Assembly: GCF_000027125.1 (NCBI RefSeq)
Contig: NC_017627.1
From: Escherichia coli 042
GTDB lineage: Bacteria > Pseudomonadota > Gammaproteobacteria > Enterobacterales > Enterobacteriaceae
Direction: 5' to 3' (one strand)
DNA: 64,000 nt
The notes under the pieces are model-generated. The model saw only the letters and a program-made list of their open reading frames with translations, was not told the DNA's origin and made no database searches. Positions 1-11,176 of this stretch are shown piece after piece; the stretch's first letter is position 1; the number at the start of each line of letters is the position of its first letter. The translations under genes were made by a program, and so were the position numbers.

Positions 1-161
1 ACGCCCGGCCACAACCCGGGGTAAATGTTCTTCAAAGTGAAGACGTAAAGCTTCAGTGATCCAGGTCCGGTGTTTCATACGATAGTGTCCATTAAAAATG
101 ATGGACATTATTTTTGTAGAGCCGGAGGAAACAGACCAGACGGTTTAAATGAGCCGGTTAC

Positions 162-368
162 GATGGTGTGTCATCTCTGCATTGAGAGCGGCTTCAACGC
201 TGAGCTTTTTCAGCAGCCGATCAAACTGACTGAGGTCTTCAGGGGTTTTGAGGTTTTTGGCCAGTTCGTTAGCCAGAGCCTGTAACTGTTTTTCGTCCAT
301 AAATTAACCTTCATTTGATGCTGGATTGAACATATCAAAATCAGGCAATTACACAAATCTATGTACAG
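162..368 (-). mobile_element. IS256-family insertion sequence fragment (terminus plus first ~47 codons of transposase, then diverges into a stop)
   Basis: About 207 bp identical to the 5-prime part of the IS256-like copies at 59508-60139 and 62689-63333; ORF begins MDEKQLQALANELAKNLKTPEDL and breaks after MTHH. Confidence 0.5.
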
Positions 369-1157
369 ACTCAACCGGGTTGATGAACTCCTGCCATGGA
401 ACGTAGTACTCACCAATAAATAAGCGTCAATACGGTGCTCCGTTGACGCTTACGAATGGTGGAATGACTGAGTGGACCTAACTGCAGGGCGATAGCCCGG
501 ACAGATAATTGCTCGTCGAATCTTAGACGTAATGCGTCTGGCAAATAAGAGCGAAAACCGGTGATATCTTTTGCTGTCTGAGAATTCATCGTTCGTGTCC
601 ATCAATATAGATGGACGCGATTGTTGCCAGACAGGACAACCATCACAAGACGTTACAGACGGAGCGCTTACTTTTGTGAAATTAATCAAAAAATATAAAA
701 TCACGACTTAATACGGAAAAAACTCTGTGCTACTCAGAACTGTCCGGTCATACTTCCCGACCGGATATTAAAAAAAGCAAATCTCATAAACTTCTTTCAG
801 CCTTCTGAATCCCTGGAGTAATGAAGGCTGCTTTTTTCGTTACACCCTTCCCCGGCTGCGCCGGTGGCAGTGTTCAGCCCTTTTTCGGGCAAACTGCTGC
901 CAGTCTGTCCGGGGCGCAACACCGGCAGCCCGTCGCCATGCTTCTGCCGCTTCCATCCAGCGTCCACTGACCTCCAGAATAACGGCCCGGCTTCCGGCAC
1001 GCTGCCAGCGCCAGACCTGACCGTTCCGTGAACTGTTTCTGAATCCATTCATCTTTATCACTCCTCTTTAACCCGTCAGTATTATGGTGTTAAATAATCT
1101 ACTGAATTGGCTTCCTTTCGGGTACGGAAGTTATTTCCTTTTAAGCCTTATTTCCCT

Positions 1158-1186
1158 GCCTCCTCTCTGATGGAGGCTTTTTTTTA
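1158..1186 (+). terminator. Hairpin plus T-run (plus-strand intrinsic terminator-like) abutting finO stop
   Basis: gcctcc...ggaggc stem followed by a run of 9 T on the plus strand. Confidence 0.35.
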
Positions 1187-1744
1187 TTTCTCATCAAGCA
1201 CGGCCTGAAGTTCTGCCTTTATCCGGTTCTGGCGGCGGATTTTATCCAGACGCGCTGCCGCATACGCTTCCTCCTCCTGAGAAATATGCTCCGTCACATA
1301 CCCTTCCGTGTCATACCGGCAGGCACCGGCTTTCATGGCACACAGATAGCTTTCTGAACGGGTGATGGCCTTCAGCGCCCTGCGCAGTTTTTTATGCGAG
1401 AGCGGGATATTCCGCTGCGCCACGTCTTCCAGTAACACGTCCCGGATACCGCAGGCCAGAAGCCGGGGCGTGTCACCGTCAAACAATCCCGGCCACCAGG
1501 GCTTCAGGGTGTTCACGGCCTCATCCAGTGTGGGCAGGTTCAGATAAATGGACAGCGCCTGTCTGGCCTGCGCTTTTTTTGCCGCCAGCTCTGCTTCCCG
1601 GGCTGCTTTCTCGGCCAGCTTCTGCTTTTTCACCTTCCACTTTGGTGGCGTGGTGACATTGATGATGGTTTTCCGGCTGCGGACAGGCGTCTCCCCTTCC
1701 GTTTTCCGCTTCAGTGTCAGTACCGGTCGCTTCTGCTCTGTCAT
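1184..1744 (-). CDS. finO: FinO fertility inhibition RNA chaperone
   Basis: 186 aa, [20 protein letters not shown]... near-identical to F/R100 FinO from memory; sits at distal end of tra operon. Confidence 0.95.
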   Translation of the reverse strand: MTEQKRPVLTLKRKTEGETPVRSRKTIINVTTPPKWKVKKQKLAEKAAREAELAAKKAQARQALSIYLNLPTLDEAVNTLKPWWPGLFDGDTPRLLACGIRDVLLEDVAQRNIPLSHKKLRRALKAITRSESYLCAMKAGACRYDTEGYVTEHISQEEEAYAAARLDKIRRQNRIKAELQAVLDEK

Positions 1745-1798
1745 GCTGTGTTCTGCCTCTGACGAATCATCCTGTTACGGTCAAAGATACCACACCCG

Positions 1799-2545
1799 TC
1801 ACAGCGCCAGAACGCCCAGCACAGCCAGATGACAGGCGTAGAATACCGGGAAAAAATCCCCGGGCCAGAAACGGGGTAATGATTTTCCTGCACACGACAC
1901 CAGACCAACGGTCAGCACCGTCATCACAAGACCGGCCACCGCCGCTGCATCACTGGTGGCAAGGTTAAGCGCCGGAATAACAGCCAGCAGGCAGGCGACC
2001 AGCGCCAGACGTTCCGCTCTGTCTTCCGCCCGGTACAGCCGGTGGCTGACTGCCAGCATCAGCAGCCCGGCAATGCCGTAACTGGTGCCGGACAAAGGCC
2101 CCCACAGGGCCATCAGAAGAATGGCCGCTGCTGTACGCCACCCACTGCGCGTTTCACACCACGTCAGCACCTGTGCCGCCACTGCAAAGGCAAACAGGAT
2201 ATTCCCCTCATACCAGGGAAAGCCTGCCAGATAATATGCGAACTGGGCAATAATTCCCCATCCCCACAGCCGGTTAATGGCTGGTTGCCGGATATGCGCA
2301 TGACGGGACAGATTCAGCCCCCACACCAGGGCAAAAAGCGGAAAGGCTCCTCGCCCGGTCAGAAACATCCATTCCTGCTTCAGCTGGAATATCAGATTGA
2401 TGTGGTCCAGTACCATCAGCACCAGTGCCACCGTTTTGATGATATCCCGCTGTCCGGGTGACCAGACCAGAAACGACTGCAACCAGGTATCGGTCCGTGC
2501 AGCCAGTGAATCGTTACGTGTCGTGTTCGTGTTATCCGTTGTCAT
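1799..2545 (-). CDS. traX: TraX pilin N-acetylase
   Basis: 248 aa polytopic membrane protein in conserved position between traI and finO. Confidence 0.92.
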   Translation of the reverse strand: MTTDNTNTTRNDSLAARTDTWLQSFLVWSPGQRDIIKTVALVLMVLDHINLIFQLKQEWMFLTGRGAFPLFALVWGLNLSRHAHIRQPAINRLWGWGIIAQFAYYLAGFPWYEGNILFAFAVAAQVLTWCETRSGWRTAAAILLMALWGPLSGTSYGIAGLLMLAVSHRLYRAEDRAERLALVACLLAVIPALNLATSDAAAVAGLVMTVLTVGLVSCAGKSLPRFWPGDFFPVFYACHLAVLGVLAL

Positions 2546-2564
2546 CAGCGTTTATCTTCCTGTA

Positions 2565-5500
2565 TCAGTCTCCGCCCAGGGTTTTCTCTTTCTGCAGGTC
2601 ACGGACCATATCCCGCTCCATCTGCTGCAGACGCTCCTGCAGCAGATTTTCCCGGGCAACCTCCCGGACCGCTTCCCGCTCCCGTTGTGATTCACGCAGC
2701 ACACTCTCCGGCAGTGCGGTTTCCCGTTCAGAAGTGGCAGTCCGGTCACGTTCCTGCCCGGCAATCTCCCTGACAGCCTGCTCTGTTTTGCCATCCGGCA
2801 GGTCAGGTTTGTTCTCTGCCATTTTACGGACAATTTCATCTGCGCGACGTTCCGTTTCACGGCGGATGGCCTCTTCAGCCTGCCGCTGTGCCAGCACTTC
2901 AGCTGTAACCGGTTCACCATTTCCGGCCCCCGGCTGGACGCTGTTATCCGGGATATCCCCCCACACGCGGCCACCGGTGATGGCACCGGGATTCCACGGA
3001 CGACCTTCACCGGCAATTCTCACCACCACACCGCTGTCAGGATTATCACGGGCAATCCGGACACCATCCTGCATATTATCAGCCAGCAGGCTTTCTCCGT
3101 TACGGCTGCCCTGCAGGGCCACGAACTGCGCATCCCCGCTGCCCTTCACCCGTCCTTCACCGCTGAATCCCCGCAGCCCGTTTCCGTCATCCGTGGTCAG
3201 TGGGTTCAGCCAGATACCGGCGGACCTGCCGTTACGGTCAAACGCCGGCAGTGCCACATACGGCTGCGGATATTTACGTCCCGGTGCAATAAACCGTGCA
3301 GGGCTGTCTCCCCCGGCCAGCCCTGCCTGACGGAGAACGGCACGGCCTGCCGCCACGTCCCGCAGTTCCCGTGCCGTACTGAACAGCCGCTCTGCATTCA
3401 TGACCTCCCGGTCCGGTTTCGGTTCAAACACATCGTGGGCTGTTCCTTTCTGTACGGCATTGTTAATGGCATCCGTCCAGCCCTGACGGTTATCGGTGTA
3501 CACCTGCACATGCTGCTTCATACGCGACAGGGCCACGTAGGCTGACTCAAAGCCTGCCATCAGTTTCCGGTTACCTTCCGTGCCTTCAAGCGCGATGGCA
3601 AAGGTTTCACTCGCCCCCTGCGCACCGTGGGCGGTGATGGCATAGGCCAGGTCAATATGTTGCTCTGCCCGCTCCTGTCCGGGGCGAATCACCCGGGTCT
3701 GCTGTCCGTCCGACAGCGTGACACTGTCACCGGAAACCGCTGTCACCGTCCAGACGCTGTTGGCCACATAACCGCGCTCCCGGTCACTCTTCGTGAAGCG
3801 CATCCGGTCGCCGGTTCCCACCCGGATGGTGTCCGGGGTGTACAGTGTGACGCCTTCAGCCACCGCCTCCCGGGGCGAAATCAGCCGCGTGTTACCTTCC
3901 GCATCCTGCAGGGTTATCAGCCCGTCATCCTTACTGACACCGGCAATCCGGTGATACACATTATCCACCAGGGCAAGGGCATCCGGGTTATTCTCCCAGG
4001 TGGAGAGACGACGCAGTTCCCCGTCGCGTATATTCGCTGTATTCAGGACAGGCACCATGACCTGCTCTTTCCCCAGCTCACCGGCCTTTTCCCGTGCATC
4101 ATGAATCATGCTGTTCAGTACGCGCCGGTCCTCATTCAGGTGCGTGACAATCAGCGTCTGCTCCCGTGCTTCCGGTGTCCTGCCGGTATAGTCGCGGACA
4201 ATGGCTTCATACAGTGTCATGGGGACATCCGGGAAAGCCTCGCCTTTCAGCATCGCCTTCTGCTGCGCTTCTGCCAGTTTCGCTTCCTGGCTGTGACTGA
4301 ACTCCGTCACGGAGTGCTCCGGTGCCCATGCGCCCTCCAGACGTGGCACCTGAGACGGTTTCACACTCTCAAGCCCGGACAGTGCCCTTTCCACATCCCG
4401 GTTAATCAGGCTGTATACCGCCTCCCGCAGTTCCGGCGTCTGACGCACAATCTCCTTCATGATGACCACATCGGCAGCACTGCGCGTCTGCTGGAGACGG
4501 AAAGGCTGACCGGGCGCGATGGCCTGCAGCTGGTCCGTGTCACCGCTGGCCACAGCACGACCGCCACCGGCCGCAATCAGGGCGTATGCCCGTGCCATGT
4601 CGGTATTGCCCACCATTGAGCTCTCATCGAGCAGGAACAGCGTGTTGCTGAAATCCGGCGTTTCTCCGCTGCGCTGCTGCAGCTGCGTGTCATGCAGAAA
4701 GGACGCCAGCGTCTGTGCATCCACGCCGGCGCTGCGCATCTCACCGACCGCACGGTGCGTGGGCCCCAGCCCCACAACTCGGGGACGCTCACTCGCCGGC
4801 AGCATGTTCACGGCTGACATCACCGCCCGGAACTGTGTGGTCTTACCCACACCGGCATAACCCTGTACCACCGTGAAACGGTCGGACGTTTCCAGTATCA
4901 TGCGGGTGGCGGCACGCTGTCCTGATGTCAGTTTCTCCATGAGTTCGCCAGGTACTCTCTCCATCAGCGGCGTGACCGCCTCCTTACCTTCGAGAATATG
5001 GCGAAGAATGCTCTTTTCTGCCTCATACGACGCACGGGAAACCAGCAGGCCTGTGCCATAGCCTTTTGCCACATCCACATACAGTAAATCACCGCGTTTT
5101 ATCTGCGCATTGATTTCCCCTCCCAGTTCAGTAAAACCGGTTCCTTCTGCAGCAAACGACTTCGCCTCTGTCAGCAGGTCCACCATGCTGAAGGCCAGGT
5201 TTTTACTTTCCAGCACAGGAAGGGCCAGATGAATGGCCTGGTGTGCCGGCGTGTGCAGCCCGGCTTTCTGCAGACTGATAGCGGTTTCCAGCGATGTCTC
5301 ACCGGCCCGCGCCTTTATCTGCTCAGAAACCACCGTAAAGGAGGGATGGCGGGCAAGTTTTTCCGCAGTACGGGTTTCATCCAGTGAGGAATACAGCCGG
5401 ACATCACGACCGCTGCGGGCCAGACCGTTCAGGGTGGCGTTGTCCATTGCCATCTGTGTGACGGAGGCAAACACCGTCGCACTGTCACTGACGGAATGCC

Positions 5501-7835
5501 CGGGCGTTTCCACCCAGCCGTTCTCCAGCTTCAGTGCCGTGAACGGTGAATCGCTCACAGGCAGGGAGGCCGGTTCAGCCCGCCCCGGCACAACAACCGT
5601 CATCGCATCTTCACTGACGGATGCCACCTGCAGGCGGTCACCGCCGGAGACGCGGAGTCCGGGAATTTTCCCTGTCACCCTCAGTCGCTCGCCGTCTGCC
5701 ACCGGCATTTTTTCCGGCCGGAACAGCGACCAGCTGCTGTCCAGGGAGGAAATACGCACCACCTGCGTTTCGCCCTGCGCATCCCGCAGGGTCAGGCTGT
5801 GACTCTGCGCTGTCACCCGGTCTATCACATAGCGGTCATGACTGCGTGTCTCCGGGTTCCACTGCTCCATCACCATCCCCGGTCGGTACATATCCCGCAG
5901 ATAACGGCTCCGGCTGTCCAGCCAGACCGGTGACAGTGCAGTCATGGTCACCTCAGGGTGTCCGAGCACGCCCTGCGTTTTCAGCTCACTGCGAATGGCC
6001 TGTGTCAGTATGGCCTGTTCCCGTACCCCGCTGACCTGTGCCACGCTCTCTTCTCCGGCTTTCACGCTGGCCGCAAAATCTCCGGCCAGCCGGGCATAGC
6101 GGACATTACGGTCCGGTTCACTGATGATGGTGGCCGGTCGCTGTTCTCCGCCCTGCCAGCGATATGTGTTCACCCCGGCATCCTTCATGGCCATCAGCGC
6201 ACTGCCTGTACCGGTTCGCTGCCCGCTGTCGGTTATCAGGACCTGTACGTTATGACGTGCGGCACCGTCCAGCAGGGTTAACGTCTCTTTCAGGGAGAGT
6301 TTTTCGCCCTGGTCGACGATAACAGTACTGCCCGGCGTGAAGGCCATGCCCTCCTGCAGCTGACGACGTCCGGTTATCAGCTCACCGGACAGCCGTTCAT
6401 CCTGCTTCAGGTTCATCTGCGAGCGACGGTCAGCGGCGATAATCTGCATCTCCCGCCCCTGCTCCCGGGCCATCATGACCAGTTCAGCCACCCGCTCACG
6501 CTGCCCGGCTGCACCGCCCTGCCCGGAAACAATGGCCAGCGACGGACGGTCCTGTGCCAGAACACTGACCGCATCGCTGTAACCAGCCGTCCGGGGGACA
6601 CTTTTCTCCGGATGTACGGTCACCCGGTTCTGTTTCATGATGTCACGACTGAGTGCCCGGACGGACAGCTCATCGAGCACATGAATTCCTGATGTGAACA
6701 GCCCCTTCTCACGGTCGAGGGGGATAAGCTGCTCACGACTGATGGCCTCATCGATACCGGCGCGTGCCCGTTCAATCACACCATTTTCCGGCGGCAGTAT
6801 ACCGACCGTTCTGGCCAGCACGTCCGTGTACGTAAACTGCACTTTTCGTTCACTTAATCCGGCAATGGCCTGTGTCACCGCCTGCTGCACATCCGGCCCC
6901 TCCTGTGAAACAGCCCCGGGCGCCTGCGTGTGGGTCTCCGCACGCTGATCCGCCGCGTCACGATATGCCCGGATGTCGAACCCGGTTTCCTTCAGCGTCT
7001 GCATCCATTCAGCCATTCTGACTTCAGGATCGACGTGCTGTTTGGATTTTCGCGTATCCAGTGCCGCCACATCCCGGGATTTCAGTGAGGCCCCTTCACC
7101 GACGGCCTCCCGGATAGCCTGTGAGCGTCCGGAGAAGGCTTCCACCGGTACGCCCGGCATCTCCCACATACCGTGCTTACCGACCACTTCGGTTTCATAG
7201 CCCAGTGCCTCAACCTGCTCTTTCAGTTTTTCCCGGTAGAGCCTGCCAAAGGCAATCTGATTAGCGTACACATTCTCAATGAACCCCGTTTTCCCCACTT
7301 TGTCACTGCTCAGTGTCTTCCACTCACCGTTATGCTGCGTGACATTAGCCACCACCGCATGCGTGTGTAACTGTGGTTCCTGATCGCGACTGGTGTCGTG
7401 GTTAAACAGTGCCATCACCAGATTACCGGTCAGTACCGTTTCTGACTGTCCGTCCGTCATCACCCGTGTGGAGGCCAGCGCCTCCACCTGACGAACAGCA
7501 AAGTCCACGGCCTGGTTATGTGCATCAATCAGGCGCTTATCGCCACCTAACATGGCCATCATGGAGACACTTTTGGGGGCGGAGAAGGTCAGGTCGTAGC
7601 CGGGACGATGCTTATTACTGCCATCCTGCATGCGGCTTAGATCCGCTCCGTCCGGCAGCCTTCCCTCCAGAAGACGGGTAAAAACATCCTTATCGACACT
7701 GCCCTGCAGTCCCAGCTGTTCAGCCCCCCTGCCGGCCCAGCGTTCTCCCATGCTGCCCAGTACATAGTAATTATCCTTGTCGGTATAATAGTTACCGGCA
7801 CTTCCGGCCGATCTGACCTGCGCGATACTCATCAT
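2565..7835 (-). CDS. traI: TraI relaxase/helicase
   Basis: 1756 aa, same length as F TraI; N-terminal relaxase region, helicase Walker A GYAGVGKT, long C-terminal domain. Confidence 0.97.
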   Translation of the reverse strand: MMSIAQVRSAGSAGNYYTDKDNYYVLGSMGERWAGRGAEQLGLQGSVDKDVFTRLLEGRLPDGADLSRMQDGSNKHRPGYDLTFSAPKSVSMMAMLGGDKRLIDAHNQAVDFAVRQVEALASTRVMTDGQSETVLTGNLVMALFNHDTSRDQEPQLHTHAVVANVTQHNGEWKTLSSDKVGKTGFIENVYANQIAFGRLYREKLKEQVEALGYETEVVGKHGMWEMPGVPVEAFSGRSQAIREAVGEGASLKSRDVAALDTRKSKQHVDPEVRMAEWMQTLKETGFDIRAYRDAADQRAETHTQAPGAVSQEGPDVQQAVTQAIAGLSERKVQFTYTDVLARTVGILPPENGVIERARAGIDEAISREQLIPLDREKGLFTSGIHVLDELSVRALSRDIMKQNRVTVHPEKSVPRTAGYSDAVSVLAQDRPSLAIVSGQGGAAGQRERVAELVMMAREQGREMQIIAADRRSQMNLKQDERLSGELITGRRQLQEGMAFTPGSTVIVDQGEKLSLKETLTLLDGAARHNVQVLITDSGQRTGTGSALMAMKDAGVNTYRWQGGEQRPATIISEPDRNVRYARLAGDFAASVKAGEESVAQVSGVREQAILTQAIRSELKTQGVLGHPEVTMTALSPVWLDSRSRYLRDMYRPGMVMEQWNPETRSHDRYVIDRVTAQSHSLTLRDAQGETQVVRISSLDSSWSLFRPEKMPVADGERLRVTGKIPGLRVSGGDRLQVASVSEDAMTVVVPGRAEPASLPVSDSPFTALKLENGWVETPGHSVSDSATVFASVTQMAMDNATLNGLARSGRDVRLYSSLDETRTAEKLARHPSFTVVSEQIKARAGETSLETAISLQKAGLHTPAHQAIHLALPVLESKNLAFSMVDLLTEAKSFAAEGTGFTELGGEINAQIKRGDLLYVDVAKGYGTGLLVSRASYEAEKSILRHILEGKEAVTPLMERVPGELMEKLTSGQRAATRMILETSDRFTVVQGYAGVGKTTQFRAVMSAVNMLPASERPRVVGLGPTHRAVGEMRSAGVDAQTLASFLHDTQLQQRSGETPDFSNTLFLLDESSMVGNTDMARAYALIAAGGGRAVASGDTDQLQAIAPGQPFRLQQTRSAADVVIMKEIVRQTPELREAVYSLINRDVERALSGLESVKPSQVPRLEGAWAPEHSVTEFSHSQEAKLAEAQQKAMLKGEAFPDVPMTLYEAIVRDYTGRTPEAREQTLIVTHLNEDRRVLNSMIHDAREKAGELGKEQVMVPVLNTANIRDGELRRLSTWENNPDALALVDNVYHRIAGVSKDDGLITLQDAEGNTRLISPREAVAEGVTLYTPDTIRVGTGDRMRFTKSDRERGYVANSVWTVTAVSGDSVTLSDGQQTRVIRPGQERAEQHIDLAYAITAHGAQGASETFAIALEGTEGNRKLMAGFESAYVALSRMKQHVQVYTDNRQGWTDAINNAVQKGTAHDVFEPKPDREVMNAERLFSTARELRDVAAGRAVLRQAGLAGGDSPARFIAPGRKYPQPYVALPAFDRNGRSAGIWLNPLTTDDGNGLRGFSGEGRVKGSGDAQFVALQGSRNGESLLADNMQDGVRIARDNPDSGVVVRIAGEGRPWNPGAITGGRVWGDIPDNSVQPGAGNGEPVTAEVLAQRQAEEAIRRETERRADEIVRKMAENKPDLPDGKTEQAVREIAGQERDRTATSERETALPESVLRESQREREAVREVARENLLQERLQQMERDMVRDLQKEKTLGGD

Positions 7836-10186
7836 CAGAAATCATCTCCCGGCTCAACATCCTCCCCACGCTCCCGGTGCACATTAATGTTCACCTCTTC
7901 ACGACGCTGCATCTGCTGCTGGATGTCCGGATGATTTTCCTGTTGCCATGCCTCATAAGCGGCCATATCCACCACTTCACCGGATTCACTGATCCCGGGT
8001 GGCAGTTGCTGTTCCATCTCTTCTTCCGGTTTCATTTTCAGCTCCTGCTCGATCCCCCCTGCCGGAACACTCACACCTGCATCTGACTTCTTATCATTGA
8101 TGACAGAAGACACTGGCTGTTGTGACTGTTGTGACTGTTGTGGCTGTTGTGGCTGTTGTGGCTGTTGTGGCTGTTGTGGCTGTTGTGGCTGTTGTGGCTG
8201 TTGTGGCTGTTGTGGCTGTTGTGGCTGTTGTGGCTGTTGTGGCTGTTGTGGCTGTTGTGGCTGTTGTGGCTGTTGTGGCTGTTGTGGCTGTTGTGGCTGT
8301 TGTGGCTGTTGTGGCTGTTGTGGCTGTTGTGGCTGTTCAGCCTGAGTTACGTCTTCTCCGGAGGCAACCTCCGGTTCGAAGAGGCTGGCCATCTGGCGAC
8401 CTTCTGCTTCCCTTGCAGCAAGTACGGCACTCAGACGGTTCTCCATTTCCGGGTTGATGTCACGCGGAATAAACTCCGGAGCGACCTTCGGTCGTGTCTG
8501 ATATTTCAGGGAGAGTTTGACTGCCGGATACGGTCCGGGCAGAGTGACATAGCAGGTCAGATCCGGCAGAGACTGAATGTCGGAATAACTGACCAGCGTC
8601 TGACGCTCCATATCCTTACCGGTCGATACCCCGTCACGTACCGGGTCAGCACCGTAAGAATACTGCTCGCTGGCTTTCAGGTGCTCTTTCTCACCAATTT
8701 CACCGGCAGCGAACTCTGCAATCTTATGGCTGGGAGAACGGAAAAAGGCACGGGTGTTCATGACGTCAAACAGCGTGGCCGCCGCTTTCTCACCGTAGAT
8801 ATCTTCCAGCTGGGCATAGGACTGGATACCAAACACATAACAGCCACCGAACTTACGGGCTTCCGGCAGGATCTCCACCAGGTCCGGCAGTTTGTGTAAC
8901 GTGGGTAACTCGTCACAGAAAAACCACACACGACGATTACGGTTTTCTCCCATTGCCAGCAGACCACGAATGGCAATGGACAGCCACATGGAGATCACCG
9001 GCTTCAGGGAGGCATGGGTGTCGGCATTCGACGAGATAAACAGCCAGCCGTTTTTCTGATCTTCCCGGACACCACGCATCCAGTCACGGATGGTAAAAGA
9101 CTCACCGTTATGCTCAATCCCCTGCAGGTAACGGATGGCTTTCACGTAGTTGGTCAGCACAGCACGGATGGAAATCGCCGTTTTCTCAATTTTCTCTTCC
9201 ACCAGGTTGGCTGCCGGTGAATTACGCAGGAAGGTACGCAGTTTTTCAATTTTGATGGAAAGCAGTGTGTCCACCAGTTTGCTGTAGCTGCGGTTGGGGT
9301 CATTACGCATCAGGTACGCCGCTTCCGCAAAAATGGTACGTCCTGAACCCTGCCAGAACGGGTCCTCTTTTGTGCCCATCGGGATCAGCGTGTTCGCGGT
9401 ATTATCAAAATCCGGCTGTGTCAGGCACTCCTTCCACAAATCCCAGGCGGCACAGCGGGCATCCAGCGGATTCAGGATTTTATCGATGGAGGGATCATAG
9501 TAACTTTTAACAAATTCCCCCGAACGGTCATAAATCACCACCATATCTCCACGCTGACGGGCGTAGTTGGCCAGACGACGGATAACTTCCGACTTACCGG
9601 CCCCGACCGTGCCGTGCAGACAGAAGTTCTGGATTTCGGAATCCCGGATAATCGGCAGGTCGCCAATCCGTATATCGGAGTCCTTGCCGTCTTTTTTCAG
9701 CATCCGGGCAACATCTTTCGGGTTTTCCGTCAGCTGACGACCACCTGTAACTTCATTTTCGCTCTGTTGTTTACCCTGACGCCCCAGAATCCAAGAGACA
9801 ACAAAGAAGGTGATCAGGCAAATAACCAGTGCCACGACAGACGCCAGAACGAATGCGGACCATAGCTGCTCACCGCACCAGATCATATATTTATCATGCA
9901 GTACCTGGGCAGCGTTCATCCGGAAGGTTTTGCCGTAATACTGGATCTCATATACTGGCTGGGACTTGATTAAATCCCGCATGCCTTCCAGCGTGGTACA
10001 CCACCAGTAAATACAGCCGTTCACAAACGTCTGCCAGCTTATTTTTACCCATAAAATCAGACCAACGAGTATCCAGAAAAAAATAAACAGGCAGTAAAGC
10101 ATGATATTGGCGATCTGGCTGAACATGCGGATACGCATGGACGCAATCTGACCGCCCTGGGTCATATCCTTTGCGTTAAAACTCAT
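7835..10186 (-). CDS. traD: TraD type IV coupling protein with expanded C-terminal QQP repeat
   Basis: 783 aa, [22 protein letters not shown]..., Walker A GTVGAGKS; stop overlaps traI start (TGATG). Confidence 0.97.
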   Translation of the reverse strand: MSFNAKDMTQGGQIASMRIRMFSQIANIMLYCLFIFFWILVGLILWVKISWQTFVNGCIYWWCTTLEGMRDLIKSQPVYEIQYYGKTFRMNAAQVLHDKYMIWCGEQLWSAFVLASVVALVICLITFFVVSWILGRQGKQQSENEVTGGRQLTENPKDVARMLKKDGKDSDIRIGDLPIIRDSEIQNFCLHGTVGAGKSEVIRRLANYARQRGDMVVIYDRSGEFVKSYYDPSIDKILNPLDARCAAWDLWKECLTQPDFDNTANTLIPMGTKEDPFWQGSGRTIFAEAAYLMRNDPNRSYSKLVDTLLSIKIEKLRTFLRNSPAANLVEEKIEKTAISIRAVLTNYVKAIRYLQGIEHNGESFTIRDWMRGVREDQKNGWLFISSNADTHASLKPVISMWLSIAIRGLLAMGENRNRRVWFFCDELPTLHKLPDLVEILPEARKFGGCYVFGIQSYAQLEDIYGEKAAATLFDVMNTRAFFRSPSHKIAEFAAGEIGEKEHLKASEQYSYGADPVRDGVSTGKDMERQTLVSYSDIQSLPDLTCYVTLPGPYPAVKLSLKYQTRPKVAPEFIPRDINPEMENRLSAVLAAREAEGRQMASLFEPEVASGEDVTQAEQPQQPQQPQQPQQPQQPQQPQQPQQPQQPQQPQQPQQPQQPQQPQQPQQPQQPQQPQQPQQPQQPQQSQQSQQPVSSVINDKKSDAGVSVPAGGIEQELKMKPEEEMEQQLPPGISESGEVVDMAAYEAWQQENHPDIQQQMQRREEVNINVHRERGEDVEPGDDF
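8116..8333. repeat. Tandem 9-bp repeat (CTGTTGTGG/CTGTTGTGA), about 24 copies, encoding (QQP)n in TraD
   Basis: Perfect head-to-tail 9-mer array visible directly in the sequence. Confidence 0.95.
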
Positions 10187-10236
10187 GATGAAACTCCGGG
10201 AAAATCTGGAACAGGGCAGAAAAGGATGATGTGGGG

Positions 10237-10977
10237 TTAATTCACAGAAACAGACCAGGTGTACCCTGTATGCCGGTGGTGATACCCGCCTGCAGTCCTG
10301 CCGGAAGAGACCTTCTCTGTAACAATGTCAGTCAGGCGCAATACTTCAGACCAGTCACTCCCGTGCGGAAACTGGATCTGAATAAAAAGGCGTACCCGTT
10401 CACGGTGATCCAGAACTGTGTCCGGTTCATAAAAACGGCCACTGTCAGGAGAAACACGGGACGTTTTATTGATGAGATCATACTTATCGGCAGGAGACTG
10501 CGATGACAGAGACCAGGTAATATTTTCGCCCTGATGACCATCAATACGACTGCTCCCCGGCGTCCATGCAATTTCCTGCGCACTCGCCACGATGATCTCC
10601 CTGGAGACTTCTGCCAGCTTTCTGGGTGTACCGAATACCGGTGCCAGCACACACAGGGACAACAAATTACAGCTGACCGCTTCCGGTTTAAGCGAATTGC
10701 TCCCGGATTTTTCAGGAAAAGATATTTTTGTCAGTATTTCAGTTAATTCCTTATGCCTGAGAGAATTAATAAAGTACATGATAAGCATCATGAGAAACAA
10801 TATAACAATAAGCCCTCCGATAACCACTAAAAGGTTAGTATCAATATTATTGCTGTACAGATAGTCTTTAGTGGTCACTGTATTATCCTGTATCACCGGG
10901 GGGTATTCAGTTACAGGCTTCTCAGTAAATTGATTATTCTCACCAACATATTCAGCGATATTGTCTGATGTCATAAT
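10237..10977 (-). CDS. Hypothetical single-pass membrane protein inserted between traT and traD (not a canonical F tra gene)
   Basis: ORF 10237-11040; likely start ATG at 10977 with GGAG about 9 nt upstream; one TM helix [25 protein letters not shown]; AT-rich 5-prime half. Confidence 0.5.
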   Translation of the reverse strand: MMTSDNIAEYVGENNQFTEKPVTEYPPVIQDNTVTTKDYLYSNNIDTNLLVVIGGLIVILFLMMLIMYFINSLRHKELTEILTKISFPEKSGSNSLKPEAVSCNLLSLCVLAPVFGTPRKLAEVSREIIVASAQEIAWTPGSSRIDGHQGENITWSLSSQSPADKYDLINKTSRVSPDSGRFYEPDTVLDHRERVRLFIQIQFPHGSDWSEVLRLTDIVTEKVSSGRTAGGYHHRHTGYTWSVSVN

Positions 10978-11176
10978 GACTTTCTCCGGAAGATCCCGAC
11001 TTCGCCGGCAACACTTCACGGTCGCACAAAGAATTTGCACAACCGCTCAGTGTTTTCATATTTATTTCGGAAACGCCGGGAGGTGACAAAATTTATTTTG
11101 TTACATCCCGGGGTTGGACAACGAGCAACGCGAGGCGTCAGCAAGGAGGCCGGTCAGATCAGCCTCCTGACGAGGT

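Noticed and set aside
3627-7681. Numerous long plus-strand ORFs (up to 330 aa) antisense to traI
   Set aside because: GC-rich shadow frames opposite a well-supported 1756-aa gene; Arg/Pro/Gly-rich low-complexity translations with no motifs
8116-8333. Possible CRISPR array
   Set aside because: Repeats are 9 bp and directly adjacent with no spacers; they encode the QQP tract of TraD
8097-8899. Plus-strand ORFs giving poly-Cys, poly-Val-Ala and Leu-Trp repeat peptides
   Set aside because: Alternative-frame translations of the 9-bp tandem repeat inside traD
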